DNA of 64,000 nucleotides, from NCBI GenBank assembly GCA_040390065.1, contig JAZJZE010000005.1, positions 341,170-405,169 of the forward strand, written 5' to 3'. Position numbers and translations under genes: made by a program. Positions 50,105 through 59,828 of this stretch are shown here, in pieces. Positions within the stretch are counted from its first letter, which is position 1, and every line of letters starts with the position of its first letter. The notes beneath the pieces are model-generated. The model was given only the letters and a program-made list of their open reading frames with translations, was not told where the DNA came from and searched no databases. The DNA comes from a bacterium. Lineage in GTDB: Archaea; Thermoplasmatota; E2; JACPAO01; JAHFTW01.

Positions 50105-51052
50105 CTATTTGGCGAGAGCCAGGGCCAGCTTCTCGAGGTTCTTCGTGACGCCCTGCCGCGAGCCTTCGCTGTGCTCGGCCGTCGCCAGGGGCCCCTGCTT
50201 GAACGTCAGTTTCGTGCCGCCGCCGGGCGTGGGTGCGAGGTCGATGGTGATGGCCACCTTGTAGGGCTTCTCGCCCGGGCCGAGGAAGATGTCGAACAGC
50301 CATTCCTGCGCCAGGCGGCGGTTGGGGACCACTTCCGTGTAGTGGCCGTGGTTGACCAGTGTCACCTTGGCGTCCTTCATCTCGATGGCGTACTCGCCGC
50401 CGACGCGGACGTCCAGCTTGCGCACGGCCAACGCATAGCCCATGTCATGCGCCGCCACCGCCCACCAGGACATGATGCCCTCCTTCGTCGTCCACATCTT
50501 CCACACCTTCTCGGGAGCCGCCTTGAACGTGCGCTCGATGGTGAAGCCCACGTTTGGGCCAGCGGCCTTCGGCAGGGCCGCGCCAGTCCCGAGCAAGCCC
50601 TCGAGGTGGTCGAAGCCTTGGTTCCAACCCTTGGTGGCCATGGCGTGGTATTCGCCGGGCACGCCAGTCACGGTGACGATCATGCGCGTCATCTTGGCTG
50701 ACATCGGCACGAACTGCACCTGGATCAGGAACGACTTGTCGGGCGAGCCCGAGACGATCTCGTTGGGCTTGTCGAGCTTGTGGAAGACGCCTTCCTGCGG
50801 ATTCTTGTTGCCGTCCGGCTGGGGCATGTCGAAGCGGATCTTGCCGCCGACGCGGACGTCGAATTCGTGGATGACCAGGTCGAGCGGCGCGGGGTTGAAC
50901 CATTTGGCGTACTTCTTCGGGTCGGTCCAGTAGGCCCACAGGGTCTCCGGCGTTGCGTTGAAGGCGCGCTCGAGGGTCAGTCTTGCTGCCGGCTTGGCCG
51001 AGCCCGGGGCGTTCGTCTTCGTCGTCTGCTTGGTGGTCGTCGTCATCGTCAT
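50105..51052 (-). CDS. Tandem SRPBCC/AHSA1 domain protein
   Basis: Two ER.F.A.PE..W..WT / DVRVGG repeats; GGAGGA SD. Confidence 0.88.
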   Translation of the reverse strand: MTMTTTTKQTTKTNAPGSAKPAARLTLERAFNATPETLWAYWTDPKKYAKWFNPAPLDLVIHEFDVRVGGKIRFDMPQPDGNKNPQEGVFHKLDKPNEIVSGSPDKSFLIQVQFVPMSAKMTRMIVTVTGVPGEYHAMATKGWNQGFDHLEGLLGTGAALPKAAGPNVGFTIERTFKAAPEKVWKMWTTKEGIMSWWAVAAHDMGYALAVRKLDVRVGGEYAIEMKDAKVTLVNHGHYTEVVPNRRLAQEWLFDIFLGPGEKPYKVAITIDLAPTPGGGTKLTFKQGPLATAEHSEGSRQGVTKNLEKLALALAK

Positions 51053-51366
51053 TCCTCCATGTCTTCGGCGAGTGCTTCTTCGAGGCGGTCGAACGCCGCG
51101 TTCCAGCGCTGCGCGGACTGCTTGATCCAATCGGATGCGCGCTCCAACCCGTGCGCCCGTAGACGGACGTGTCGGCTGCGGCCATGCTTGCGTGTCGCCA
51201 CGAGGCCTGCCTCCTCGAGGACGCGGACGTGCTTCTGCACGGCCATGAGCGTGATGGGCAACGGCTGTGCCAGTTGGCTCAGGGTCTTCTCGCCGCGCTC
51301 CAGCTGCACCAACAGTTGGCGCCGGGTCGGGTCGGCAAGGGCGGAGAAGGTGCGGTCCAGGTCCAC
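51049..51366 (-). CDS. ArsR/SmtB family transcriptional regulator
   Basis: LDRTFSALADPTRR, VQKHVRVLEEAGLV; overlaps downstream SRPBCC start. Confidence 0.9.
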   Translation of the reverse strand: MDLDRTFSALADPTRRQLLVQLERGEKTLSQLAQPLPITLMAVQKHVRVLEEAGLVATRKHGRSRHVRLRAHGLERASDWIKQSAQRWNAAFDRLEEALAEDMEE

Positions 51367-51368
51367 GC

Positions 51369-51384
51369 TAAACCAATAGGTTGA
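51369..51384. promoter_or_regulatory. AACC-N4-GGTT palindrome, candidate ArsR operator
   Basis: TAAACCAATAGGTTGA immediately upstream of the ArsR start. Confidence 0.6.
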
Positions 51385-51472
51385 ATGATAATGTAAACGT
51401 TTCCGCGGGGGCAGACGCGGGGCCACACGCCGCGGCCCGAAGCCTCATAGCCCAACCTCCGCGTCCACGCGC

Positions 51473-51928
51473 ATGGCCAGCATCACGCCGTTTCTGTGGT
51501 ATGACACCCAAGCCGAGGACGCAGCACGCTTCTACTGTGGGATCTTCCCGGACTCCGGCGTCGACCGTGTCATGAAGGGCCCGGACGGCAAGGCGTTCGG
51601 CCTCGAGTTCCACCTGGGAGGCCAGAGCTTCATGGCCTTGAACGGCGGTCCCATGTACAAGTTCACGCCGGCCATCTCCCTCTACGTCAACTGCAAGGAC
51701 CAGAAGGAGGTCGACACGCTGTGGGCGAAGCTGTCCGCCGTGCCCAAGGCGGAGCAGTGCGGCTGGATCGTCGACAAGTACGGACTCTCCTGGCAAATCA
51801 TCCCGGAGGCGCTGCCGCGGCTGCTTGGCGACAAGGACCCGGCCAAGGCCGGCCGCGCCATGCAGGCCATGATGCAGATGAAGAAGATCGACGTCAAGGC
51901 CCTGGAACGGGCGGCCGCCGGCAAGTAG
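51473..51928 (+). CDS. VOC/PhnB-like (3-demethylubiquinone-9 3-methyltransferase family) protein
   Basis: ITPFLW, FMALNGGP, FTPAISL, QCGWIVDKYGLSWQI, MKKID. Confidence 0.9.
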   Translation: MASITPFLWYDTQAEDAARFYCGIFPDSGVDRVMKGPDGKAFGLEFHLGGQSFMALNGGPMYKFTPAISLYVNCKDQKEVDTLWAKLSAVPKAEQCGWIVDKYGLSWQIIPEALPRLLGDKDPAKAGRAMQAMMQMKKIDVKALERAAAGK

Positions 51929-51959
51929 CCGCGGCCAACGGATCCCCGTCCAGGCAGAC

Positions 51960-52397
51960 TCAGGCCCCGGCCGCCTTCTTCACGAGGGCGACGATGGCCT
52001 TCTCCTCGGCCGGCCCAATCCCGGTGAGGCCGAACGACGTCGGCCACATGCGGCCGTCATCCAGCTTGGCATGTTGGTTGAACCCGAGCGTGGCGTAGCG
52101 TTCCTTGAACTTCTGCGCCGCCTTGAAGAACACGACGACGCGGTCGCCGTCGGCGTAGGCCGGCATGCCATACCACGTGCGGCAGGTCAGCCCCGGAGCC
52201 GTCGACCGGACAAGCTTGTGCAGCCGCTCAGCCAGCCCGCGGTCGGCGGGCGCCATGGCCTTGATGGCCGCCATCACGGCCGCCTCACCGTCTTCGCCTG
52301 CGGCCTGGCGCGCCCGTTCGCGCATCGTTTCCTTCATGGCATCCCGTTCCTCCTTCGACAAGCCGACCTTGCCTGCCGCCTTGGCCTTGACCGCCAT
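51960..52397 (-). CDS. DUF1801 (YdhG-like) protein
   Basis: TWYGMPAY, FF..AQKFKERYATLGF, MWPTSF. Confidence 0.85.
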   Translation of the reverse strand: MAVKAKAAGKVGLSKEERDAMKETMRERARQAAGEDGEAAVMAAIKAMAPADRGLAERLHKLVRSTAPGLTCRTWYGMPAYADGDRVVVFFKAAQKFKERYATLGFNQHAKLDDGRMWPTSFGLTGIGPAEEKAIVALVKKAAGA

Positions 52398-52399
52398 GG

Positions 52400-52867
52400 T
52401 CAGGCCTCCTTCAGGAAGGTCGCCAGGTTCTGCATCGCCATGTGGGCGCCGGCCAGTGCGCCGTACTTGACCATGGTGTCGCGGTGTTCCTTCGTTTCGC
52501 AGACGTTGGTGAGCGTGAGGTGGGTCTTTCCCCCGGCTTCGCGCAAGTCGACCGTGGCGGTGACCTTCTGGGGTTGGCCTTCGATCTCGAACGTGTAGAC
52601 CAGGCGCGTCACCGGTTTCACCTCGACGTAGGAACCGTGGAACACCATCTCACGGCCGTCGGGGTTGCGCTGCAGGAAACGCCACGCGCCGCCGGGGCGG
52701 ACATCCATCCTGTCGACGCGGATCGAGCCGCCCTTCGGGGCCCACCAAGCGGCAATCTGCTTGGGATCCGTGTAGGCAGCGAAGATCTTGGCGGCGGGGG
52801 CGTCGAATTCGTGCGTGACGGCAAATTCGCGGTCGGAGAGGACTTTCGTGGTTTGGTTGCTTGACAT
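52400..52867 (-). CDS. SRPBCC/AHSA1 family protein
   Basis: SDRE...THEFDAP...F.AYTDP, WW, DVRPGGAWR, FHGSY. Confidence 0.88.
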   Translation of the reverse strand: MSSNQTTKVLSDREFAVTHEFDAPAAKIFAAYTDPKQIAAWWAPKGGSIRVDRMDVRPGGAWRFLQRNPDGREMVFHGSYVEVKPVTRLVYTFEIEGQPQKVTATVDLREAGGKTHLTLTNVCETKEHRDTMVKYGALAGAHMAMQNLATFLKEA

Positions 52868-52872
52868 GGGGT

Positions 52873-53211
52873 TCACTTCCTTGGATGCTTGCTTCGATTC
52901 TTGGACATTGGCCCATCGACAAAGTCGGCTAGTCGCTCGAGACGCTCGCGCTCCGCGTGGGCGTAACGGCGCACCCAGGCCTCCAGTTCGCGCAGTGGCT
53001 CGGGCCGCAGCGAGTACATGCGGCGCTGGCCATCGGGTCGCGCCCTCACCAGCCTCGCCTCGCTGAGGATGCGCAGGTGGCGCGAAACGCCGGGTTGGGC
53101 CAGGCGGACCTCGGCGACGAGTCCGTTGACGGAACGCTCGCCGTCGTGCAAGATCTCCACGAGGCGCCGGCGCGTGGGGTCCGCGAGCACCGCAAAGAGA
53201 GCAACATGCAC
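52873..53211 (-). CDS. ArsR/SmtB family transcriptional regulator
   Basis: FAVLADPTRR, QPGVSRHLRIL, GQRRMYSLRPEPL. Confidence 0.88.
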   Translation of the reverse strand: MHVALFAVLADPTRRRLVEILHDGERSVNGLVAEVRLAQPGVSRHLRILSEARLVRARPDGQRRMYSLRPEPLRELEAWVRRYAHAERERLERLADFVDGPMSKNRSKHPRK

Positions 53212-53413
53212 AAACGTGTATATGTCTGATAATGAATATGATGTTTTGCCACGCGACGTGCGGGCTGGCCCGCCCATGCCGCCCGTTCAATCGAGCCGAC
53301 GGTTGGCGCGGCTACAGGGACGCAACGGAATGGTCTGCAACTGGTCGTCCGCCCGCGTGGCAAGGGCTAAACGCCATTGGCTGGATTGCGCGGCGACCCG
53401 CGGGAGTCCAATC

Positions 53414-54037
53414 ATGGGAAAACTCGTCGTCGACATGTTCACCACCCTCGATGGCGTCGTCCAGGCGCCCGGCGGCCCGCGCGAAGACACCTCCGGCGGG
53501 TTCCAGCACGGCGGCTGGCAAGGCCCGTTCTTCGACGATGCATCCGGAGCGGTGATGGCGAAAGGCTTTGCAACGTTCGATGCGCTGCTCCTTGGACGCA
53601 AGACATACGACATTTTCGCCGCGTACTGGCCCAAGCAGCCCAAGAACGCGTTCTCCGGGCAACTGAACTCGGTCCCCAAGTACGTCGCGTCCCGCACGCT
53701 CAAGAAGCTGGAGTGGCGGAACTCGCAACTCATCGAAGGCGATGTCGCCCAGGCGGTCCCCAAGCTGACGCAGAAGCACAAGGAGGTCCGCGTGATCGGG
53801 AGCGCCAACCTCGTCCAGACGCTCCTGAAGCACGACCTCGTCGACAGGTTCAACCTCTGGGTGTACCCCATCGTGCTCGGCTCGGGCAAGCGACTGTTCG
53901 GCGACGGCGCCGTCCCCGCCCGGTTGAAGCTCGTCGAGGCGACCTCGTTTGCCGGGGGCGCCGTCCACCTCGTCTACGAAGCGGCAGGGAAACCCACGTA
54001 CGTCGACATGACGACTCAAACCCTGAAGACGGACTGA
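53414..54037 (+). CDS. Dihydrofolate reductase-like (RibD C-terminal) protein
   Basis: TLDGVVQAPGG, LLGRKTY, PKYVAS.TL, GSANLV, P.VLGSGKRLF. Confidence 0.9.
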   Translation: MGKLVVDMFTTLDGVVQAPGGPREDTSGGFQHGGWQGPFFDDASGAVMAKGFATFDALLLGRKTYDIFAAYWPKQPKNAFSGQLNSVPKYVASRTLKKLEWRNSQLIEGDVAQAVPKLTQKHKEVRVIGSANLVQTLLKHDLVDRFNLWVYPIVLGSGKRLFGDGAVPARLKLVEATSFAGGAVHLVYEAAGKPTYVDMTTQTLKTD

Positions 54038-54273
54038 GCCCGGCGAAGGGGAGCAACGAGCCGTACCACGTTTGTGCGGACAGCCTGGAGGCGTTCGCGT
54101 CTGCAAGCACGCGGTTCGCGACGCTGGGCGATTGGACGCAAGGCGAGCAAGGGCACCGTCGTGGTGGCGGGCCAGTCCCAAGGGCGTCGCACCCGCCCGT
54201 GCCGAAAGACCCCGTCGGCAAAACGCCTCGCGCGGTGAAAGTCTAAAGCGGAACGAATGGGTCGTCGCCCCGC

Positions 54274-54741
54274 GTGACGCGAAGCCTGGAACTCTCGGTC
54301 GAATATCCGCACCCCGTCGAGAAGGTCTGGCGCGCCCTCACCGAGCCGGAGCAATTGGGTCTGTGGCTCATGAACTTCGACAACGACCCGGGAGAGATGA
54401 AGACGGATTTCCGTCCCGTCGTGGGGACCGCCTATCGTCTCGAAGCCAGGAAAGGAAGAGGCTGGCGCGGCTACGTCGCGGGCGACGTCCTCGAGGTCGT
54501 CCCGAAGAAGCGCCTCGTCTACACCTGGGCTCACAGCACGTACCAGGATGCGCACCCCGTGCGCGTCGAGTTCACGCTCGAACCTACCTCGACGGGCACC
54601 CGCATCTGCATGGTGCAAAGCGGCTTCGTGGGCGTGAAGGGCTGGTTCTCGCGCAAGGGTCTCCAGATGGGATGGAAGAAGATGCTCAAGTCTGGCCTAC
54701 CTCCCGTGTTGGACGGAACGGCGCCCCCCATCGCGCCGTGA
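54274..54741 (+). CDS. SRPBCC/AHSA1 family protein
   Basis: YPHPVEKVWRALT, WLM, F.PVVG, LEV.P..RL.YTW, GW. Confidence 0.86.
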   Translation: MTRSLELSVEYPHPVEKVWRALTEPEQLGLWLMNFDNDPGEMKTDFRPVVGTAYRLEARKGRGWRGYVAGDVLEVVPKKRLVYTWAHSTYQDAHPVRVEFTLEPTSTGTRICMVQSGFVGVKGWFSRKGLQMGWKKMLKSGLPPVLDGTAPPIAP

Positions 54742-54768
54742 GTGCCGGCGTCCAACCTAGGGTCCGTC

Positions 54769-55641
54769 CTATTTCGTGCCCGCCACGAGGATGAGCTCGC
54801 AGGGCCCCACGAATCCTTCGTTGGTCTCGAACTGGCGCAGCGCCATGCCAATCTCAGCCCACGCCGCCTCTTGGTCCGCCGCGCTGAGCGTGGCCATCAT
54901 CTGATGCAGGGCGCCAAACGATTCGCGGGCGAAGCGAAGGCAATCGGCAGCGGTCGGCAAGCACAGCGGAGCCTGCAACCACAGGGTCTGGACGTCGCGG
55001 AAGCCCGCCTCCTTCACCGCATTCTCAAGGACACCGCTCGCGCCGAGGCTGAACGGACCGGGCTGGCCGGGAAGTGGAGGCGGCGTCCTCGCGCGCCGAC
55101 GGACGATGCCGATAGGCACCGAGAAGAAACCGTTGTTCTCCGGAGTCGAGTAGACGATGGCTGCGAAGCGACCTCCGGGCTTCAGGACGCGCAAGAAGCC
55201 GCGCAGCGCCCGCGGCAGCTCGGGGAAGAACATCAGGCCCAGACGGCAGATGACGGCATCGAAGCTGGCCTCCGGGTGTTCGAGGTTCTCTGCATCCGCC
55301 GTTTGCGTGGCGACGTTGCGGAACCCGGCGTCCAGCGCGCCATGGGCCGCGAATTCGAGGATACGCGGCGAGATGTCGGTCGCCAGAACCTTGCCGGTGG
55401 GCCCGACGCGACGCGCGGCGGCCAGCGTCTGTTCCCCCGCGCCGGCGGCCACGTCGAGGACGGCACCCCCTGGACGCAGGCCCGCCATGTCGAGCATCTG
55501 CTGCGTTGCCGGACCCAACCAGGTGTGCAGCGTCGGGCCCCACCGGGACCACGGCTCGGCGGCCTTTTCCCATTGCGTCTTGGTCGTGGCCTTGTACGTC
55601 TCGGCGTCGAACGCGGTCGTCGGCGTTTCTTGATGCGTCAT
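54769..55641 (-). CDS. Class I SAM-dependent methyltransferase
   Basis: VLDVAAGAGE, ATDIS, DAE, FDAV.CR.GLMF, LKPGG. Confidence 0.9.
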   Translation of the reverse strand: MTHQETPTTAFDAETYKATTKTQWEKAAEPWSRWGPTLHTWLGPATQQMLDMAGLRPGGAVLDVAAGAGEQTLAAARRVGPTGKVLATDISPRILEFAAHGALDAGFRNVATQTADAENLEHPEASFDAVICRLGLMFFPELPRALRGFLRVLKPGGRFAAIVYSTPENNGFFSVPIGIVRRRARTPPPLPGQPGPFSLGASGVLENAVKEAGFRDVQTLWLQAPLCLPTAADCLRFARESFGALHQMMATLSAADQEAAWAEIGMALRQFETNEGFVGPCELILVAGTK

Positions 55642-55775
55642 GGGCTGGCCTCTTGCGGATCGACGCATGCCGTGCTCTTGGCGCGCGTCAACCCGATGGC
55701 CATGTGCCGACGTCGTAGATAGGCCTGCTCCCCGGCGTTGGTGGCTTGCCGGAGCGATGCTCGGCCAGATCATGG

Positions 55776-56219
55776 TCAGGCGAGCTCCTGGGCCAGCCCG
55801 ACCAGAACGCCTTCGGGCCCGCGGATGTAACAGAGCCTGTACGCGTCTTCATACTGGACAATCTCACCTACGAGTTGCGCGCCGCGTTTTCGAAGCCGCG
55901 CAACCGTCTTGTCGATGTCGTCGACGGTGAACATGACGCGAAGGTAGCCAAGGGCGTTCACGGGCGCCTTGCGGTGATCGGCGACGACAGGCGGCGCAAG
56001 AAATCGTGAGAGCTCGAGCCGGCCGTGACCATCCGGCGTCGCAAGCATCGCAATCTCGACGCGTTGACCGTGCAGCCCGGTGACGCGCCCCGCCCATTCT
56101 CCTTCGATCGTGGCCCGACCTTCGAGCCTCAGCCCAAGCTCGGTGAAGAAGGGGATGGCATCATCGAGGGACTCGACCACGATGCCAACGTTGTCCATTC
56201 GCTTGACGCCCATTGGCAT
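55776..56219 (-). CDS. VOC/glyoxalase family protein
   Basis: RMDNVGIVV, FF.ELG, LELSRF, YRLCYIRGPEG. Confidence 0.88.
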   Translation of the reverse strand: MPMGVKRMDNVGIVVESLDDAIPFFTELGLRLEGRATIEGEWAGRVTGLHGQRVEIAMLATPDGHGRLELSRFLAPPVVADHRKAPVNALGYLRVMFTVDDIDKTVARLRKRGAQLVGEIVQYEDAYRLCYIRGPEGVLVGLAQELA

Positions 56220-56309
56220 GCCAAGGCTTGGCGTGCCTTAATCGCTGGCCAGGCGAGCGGGAGGAAGAAGGCGAAGAGGGCCTGAATCTTGGGACGCAAG
56301 ACCGGGGGT

Positions 56310-57137
56310 TCACTCGGCGGTGACGAAGTGCAGCGCCATGCGGTGGCCTTCGCGTTCCACGGGCACGAGGATGACCTGGGTCTTGGCGGTCTTGCCGTCC
56401 TTGCGGCGCCACGTGACGGGGATCTGCCGGGCAGCTCCCTGCTCGACAGCGTTCTGGTACGCAGACACCAGCGTCGCCTGGCTCTTCGGGTCCACGAAGG
56501 CGCGGGTGAACGAGTCCTCGATGGCCGTCCACTCGGCCGCCGTTGCGTATCCGAGCAGTTTGGCGAAGCGGTCGTTGCACCACTTGGTGCGGTCATCCAG
56601 GTAGACGTACATCGCTTGCGACGACGTGTCCCCGAGGCCTTGCAGGTCCGACACCAGCAAGTCCAGGCCGGCCGTGTGGACGTCCGCGCCTCGGCCGCCG
56701 GAACCGGCCGCCGCGTCCGGCGTCGTGGCGTAGTGGCTGGCCCCGAACCAGTCCACCACGACCGCGGGCTCGTTGCCGACGACCCAGGCGTCATGCCCCT
56801 TCGGAAGGCAGGTCACGTCACCGGGCCCTGCGACGAACTCGCGCCCGTCATCCGTGCGGATGCCGAGTCGGCCGGAGACGTGGTACTGGAAGTGCGGCGC
56901 CTCGCAGCTGGCCGTCCGGGCGATGGGCTTGACGTCGTTGGACCAGCGCCAGCCCGGCTGGAACACCAGGCGGCCGACTTCGCCTTGGCCCATCTTCAGG
57001 ATTTCGGCGTGGCCCTTCGGGAATTCCCGACGTTCATCGGGCTTCGCAAAGCTTCCCTGTTCGGTCTGCTGCACCCGGGACATCGGCTGCGGGCTGTTCT
57101 TGGCTTGCTTGGTCTGTGTGGTGGTTTGGGTTGCCAT
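56310..57137 (-). CDS. Cupin domain fused to a C-terminal PAS-like domain
   Basis: PGWRWS, CEAPH.QYHVSG, P.GHDAWVVGNEP; then CNDRFAKLLGY and WRRKDG. Confidence 0.75.
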   Translation of the reverse strand: MATQTTTQTKQAKNSPQPMSRVQQTEQGSFAKPDERREFPKGHAEILKMGQGEVGRLVFQPGWRWSNDVKPIARTASCEAPHFQYHVSGRLGIRTDDGREFVAGPGDVTCLPKGHDAWVVGNEPAVVVDWFGASHYATTPDAAAGSGGRGADVHTAGLDLLVSDLQGLGDTSSQAMYVYLDDRTKWCNDRFAKLLGYATAAEWTAIEDSFTRAFVDPKSQATLVSAYQNAVEQGAARQIPVTWRRKDGKTAKTQVILVPVEREGHRMALHFVTAE

Positions 57138-57246
57138 GTGGGCTCACCGCATGGCCATTGGGCGGTCGGTCAAGGGCCTGCTGGCGCCGGGTGGCCGATT
57201 TCGCGACACTCCAACCCGCCCGATGTCTGGATTCGCAAGTCGTGCC

Positions 57247-58215
57247 CTAGATCTTGGACAACGCCACCGGTTCCGGCTCGTCGCGGGCGACCTGCGCGGC
57301 CCGCTGGATCTCCTCCGTGAGCCACGCCTCGTTGCTGAAGGATTGCGCTGACAGGAGGGCGTCAGCGTCCGCCACGTCGGGAATCGCCCGCAGGCGGTCA
57401 AGCGTATCCTGCATTTGGCCCGGAGAGCGGAAGACCAGGCCCATGACCAGGTTCGCAACACGCCGGTCGGGCGGCGCCCAGCAGAAGGCCCACTGGGAAT
57501 CGAATTCCTCGTGAAGGCGCTGCGTGACGCCCGCGGGGGCCACGTCCTTGAAGCGGATGCCCACGTTCGCCAGAAGTTGCCCCGGCACGTTGCCCTGGTC
57601 GAGCCGCACGACTGTGTCGATCATGCCCTCGGCCCACATTCGCTCATAGCGGCGGCTGACCGTACGTCCACTGACGCCAAGTTCGGCCGCGACATCGGCC
57701 AGCGGTCGCGTCGCCCGTCCCCGCAAGGCATGGATGATCCGCCAATCGAGTCGCGTGGGCTGCCGCGCCACGGGGTTGGAGGGGTATGCGGCGTATCTCG
57801 AATGTCCGGTCGCACCCAGGACCCGCGTGACCAGTTGTACGCGGCGCTCGAGCGCATCGGGGCTCTTCTCAAACAAGTCGACGCGGATGGCGGGACCCAA
57901 GTAGCGCTCGACGACGCCGACGCCGTCGACGGCGCGCAGGTCCGACATGCTCTGCGCCGTGGCGGGCCGCGGCAAGTGGAAGAGGAAGCCCACGCAGACG
58001 TAGCCGAGCAAACTGAAGTTCGGGTAGATTTCGTAGCCTGCGATGACGCCGTCCTTCTCCATGCGGCGGATGCGCGCCTTGGCCGCCTCGCCGCTAAGGC
58101 CCAGCGCCGCTGCCGCGTAGGACGCCTTCAGGTGGTCGCCATCGCGCGGCCAATCGGCGAAGGGCTGCACGCCCATGAGGCGTAGGATGCGCAGGTCCTT
58201 GGCGTCCAACGGCAA
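57247..58215 (-). CDS. Tandem Lrp/AsnC-type transcriptional regulator (start uncertain)
   Basis: LDAKDLRIL...RIRRMEKDGVI.GY and a second HTH RLDWRII..L...A.RPLADVA.ELGVS.RTV. Confidence 0.8.
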   Translation of the reverse strand: MPLDAKDLRILRLMGVQPFADWPRDGDHLKASYAAAALGLSGEAAKARIRRMEKDGVIAGYEIYPNFSLLGYVCVGFLFHLPRPATAQSMSDLRAVDGVGVVERYLGPAIRVDLFEKSPDALERRVQLVTRVLGATGHSRYAAYPSNPVARQPTRLDWRIIHALRGRATRPLADVAAELGVSGRTVSRRYERMWAEGMIDTVVRLDQGNVPGQLLANVGIRFKDVAPAGVTQRLHEEFDSQWAFCWAPPDRRVANLVMGLVFRSPGQMQDTLDRLRAIPDVADADALLSAQSFSNEAWLTEEIQRAAQVARDEPEPVALSKI

Positions 58216-58250
58216 CGGCAGGCACCCGCCTCGTCTTGAGGATTCGCCAC

Positions 58251-58259
58251 CCTTAAAGG
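58251..58259. promoter_or_regulatory. Candidate bidirectional TATA-like box
   Basis: CCTTAAAGG between the divergent Lrp gene and the 41-aa Cys4 gene. Confidence 0.4.
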
Positions 58260-58282
58260 GCCTCGACCTTGATGGCGGAGCC

Positions 58283-58408
58283 ATGAAGCCGCCGCAGGCC
58301 GCCAAGGCCTTCCGCTACCGTTGCCCCGACTGCGGATCGACGAAGGAGTTCGCCACGAAGCCGGCGTTGCCCCCGACGTGTTGCGGCAACGCGATGCAAA
58401 CGATGTGA
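58283..58408 (+). CDS. 41-aa desulforedoxin-like Cys4 metal-binding microprotein
   Basis: YRCPDCG-...-CCGNAM with Cx2Cx15CC spacing. Confidence 0.65.
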   Translation: MKPPQAAKAFRYRCPDCGSTKEFATKPALPPTCCGNAMQTM

Positions 58409-58429
58409 ACACGACGCGGTGACATCACA

Positions 58430-58813
58430 ATGTCCCCCGAACGCAAAGCGATGAACGAGGCGTCGACTGCCCGCGTCTTTGCGATTCGCATGGCGGGGCT
58501 GTACCCCGTCTACATCAACAAGGTGGAACGCAAAGGACGCACGAAGGCGGAGCTCGACCAAGTCATCCGCTGGCTGACCGGCTACACCCAGAAGGGCCTC
58601 GAATCGCACGTGGCGAAAGGGACGGACCTGCAGACGTTTCTCGCCAAGGCCCCGAAGATGAATCCCGCGCGCAAGCTCATCACGGGTGTGGTCTGCGGCG
58701 TGCGCGTCGAGAACATCAAGGACCCGACGATGCAATCCATCCGCTACCTCGACAAGCTGGTGGACGAGTTGGCGAAGGGAAAAAAGCTCGAATCCATCCT
58801 GCGCACCCCATGA
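58430..58813 (+). CDS. DUF2200 family protein
   Basis: YP.YINKVERKGRT..E....I.WLTGY, ITGVVCGVRVE, RYLDKLVDELAKG. Confidence 0.9.
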   Translation: MSPERKAMNEASTARVFAIRMAGLYPVYINKVERKGRTKAELDQVIRWLTGYTQKGLESHVAKGTDLQTFLAKAPKMNPARKLITGVVCGVRVENIKDPTMQSIRYLDKLVDELAKGKKLESILRTP

Positions 58814-58884
58814 CGTTGCGCCCCTGCCCCCGCAGCTTCCAGCGGCTGCCTACGGAGACGTAGAAGAGCACAGGAGACCTCTGC

Positions 58885-59799
58885 ATGACTGTGCCCGGAC
58901 GGTTGACCGCGAAAGACACGGGGCTCCTCGTCCTCGTCGCCGTGGCCTGGGGTTTGAACTTCGTCCCGATCCGCTGGGCCCTCAACGACCTGCCCCCCTT
59001 CATGCTCGCCGCCGTCCGCTTCTTCCTGGCCGCGGTGCCCCTCATGTTCTTCGTCAAGCGCCCGAACCTGCCATGGCGCTACGTTGTCGGCTACGGTCTC
59101 GCCATCGGTGCGGGGCAATTCGGCTTGCTGTTCTTGGCCATCCGCCTGGGCTTTCCCGCCGGCCTGGCATCCCTCCTGATCCAGGTGCAGGTCTTCTTCA
59201 CCATCTTCCTGTCGGCGGTGTTTGCACGGGACCGGCCGCGCCTGCGGCACCTCGTGGGCGCGTGCATCGCCGCCCTCGGCATCGTCGCGTTGGTCGCCCA
59301 ACGGCTCAAGAGTGGCGGCGGAGGCAGCGGCCTCGGACTCCTCGTCGTCCTGGCGTCCGCCATCTCGTGGGCCGTCGGCAACGTGACATCCAAGGTGGCC
59401 GGCCAGCGCTACGCCTTCGACATGTTCGCACTCGTCGTCTGGTCAAGCCTCGCGGCACCGCTGCCGCTCTTGGCGATGTCGTACGGGTTCGAAGGCGGCT
59501 TCAACGCGTGGCACGCATTGGCATCCGCCAGTCCTCTCACGTGGGGCAGCGTCTTCTTCATCACGTACGCCGGCACCATCTTCGGATACGCCGTCTGGAA
59601 CCGCATGCTGTTGCGGCATTCCGCGGGACAAGTGACGCCCTTTGCGCTGCTCGTCCCCATCGTGGGCTTGGCGAGCGCCGCCGCCTTCCTCGGCGAACCC
59701 CTCGAGCTCGTGCAAGCCCTTGCGGCCGCAGTCGTGCTGGCTGGCCTGGCGGTTGCCGTACTAGGTCGGCGCGGCACGCGCACGCCGGTGCCGACGTAG
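58885..59799 (+). CDS. EamA/DMT family transporter
   Basis: WGLNF, PP..LAA.RF, QFGLLF, PAGLASL, PF.LLVP; multiple TM helices. Confidence 0.92.
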   Translation: MTVPGRLTAKDTGLLVLVAVAWGLNFVPIRWALNDLPPFMLAAVRFFLAAVPLMFFVKRPNLPWRYVVGYGLAIGAGQFGLLFLAIRLGFPAGLASLLIQVQVFFTIFLSAVFARDRPRLRHLVGACIAALGIVALVAQRLKSGGGGSGLGLLVVLASAISWAVGNVTSKVAGQRYAFDMFALVVWSSLAAPLPLLAMSYGFEGGFNAWHALASASPLTWGSVFFITYAGTIFGYAVWNRMLLRHSAGQVTPFALLVPIVGLASAAAFLGEPLELVQALAAAVVLAGLAVAVLGRRGTRTPVPT

Positions 59800-59828
59800 T
59801 GGACCTCACGGCCCGGTCGCAGTGCGGC

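Noticed and set aside
54038-54273. 236-nt intergenic stretch as ncRNA or riboswitch
   Set aside because: Only one short hairpin (TGCCGA/TCGGCA) and no recognisable RNA family motif
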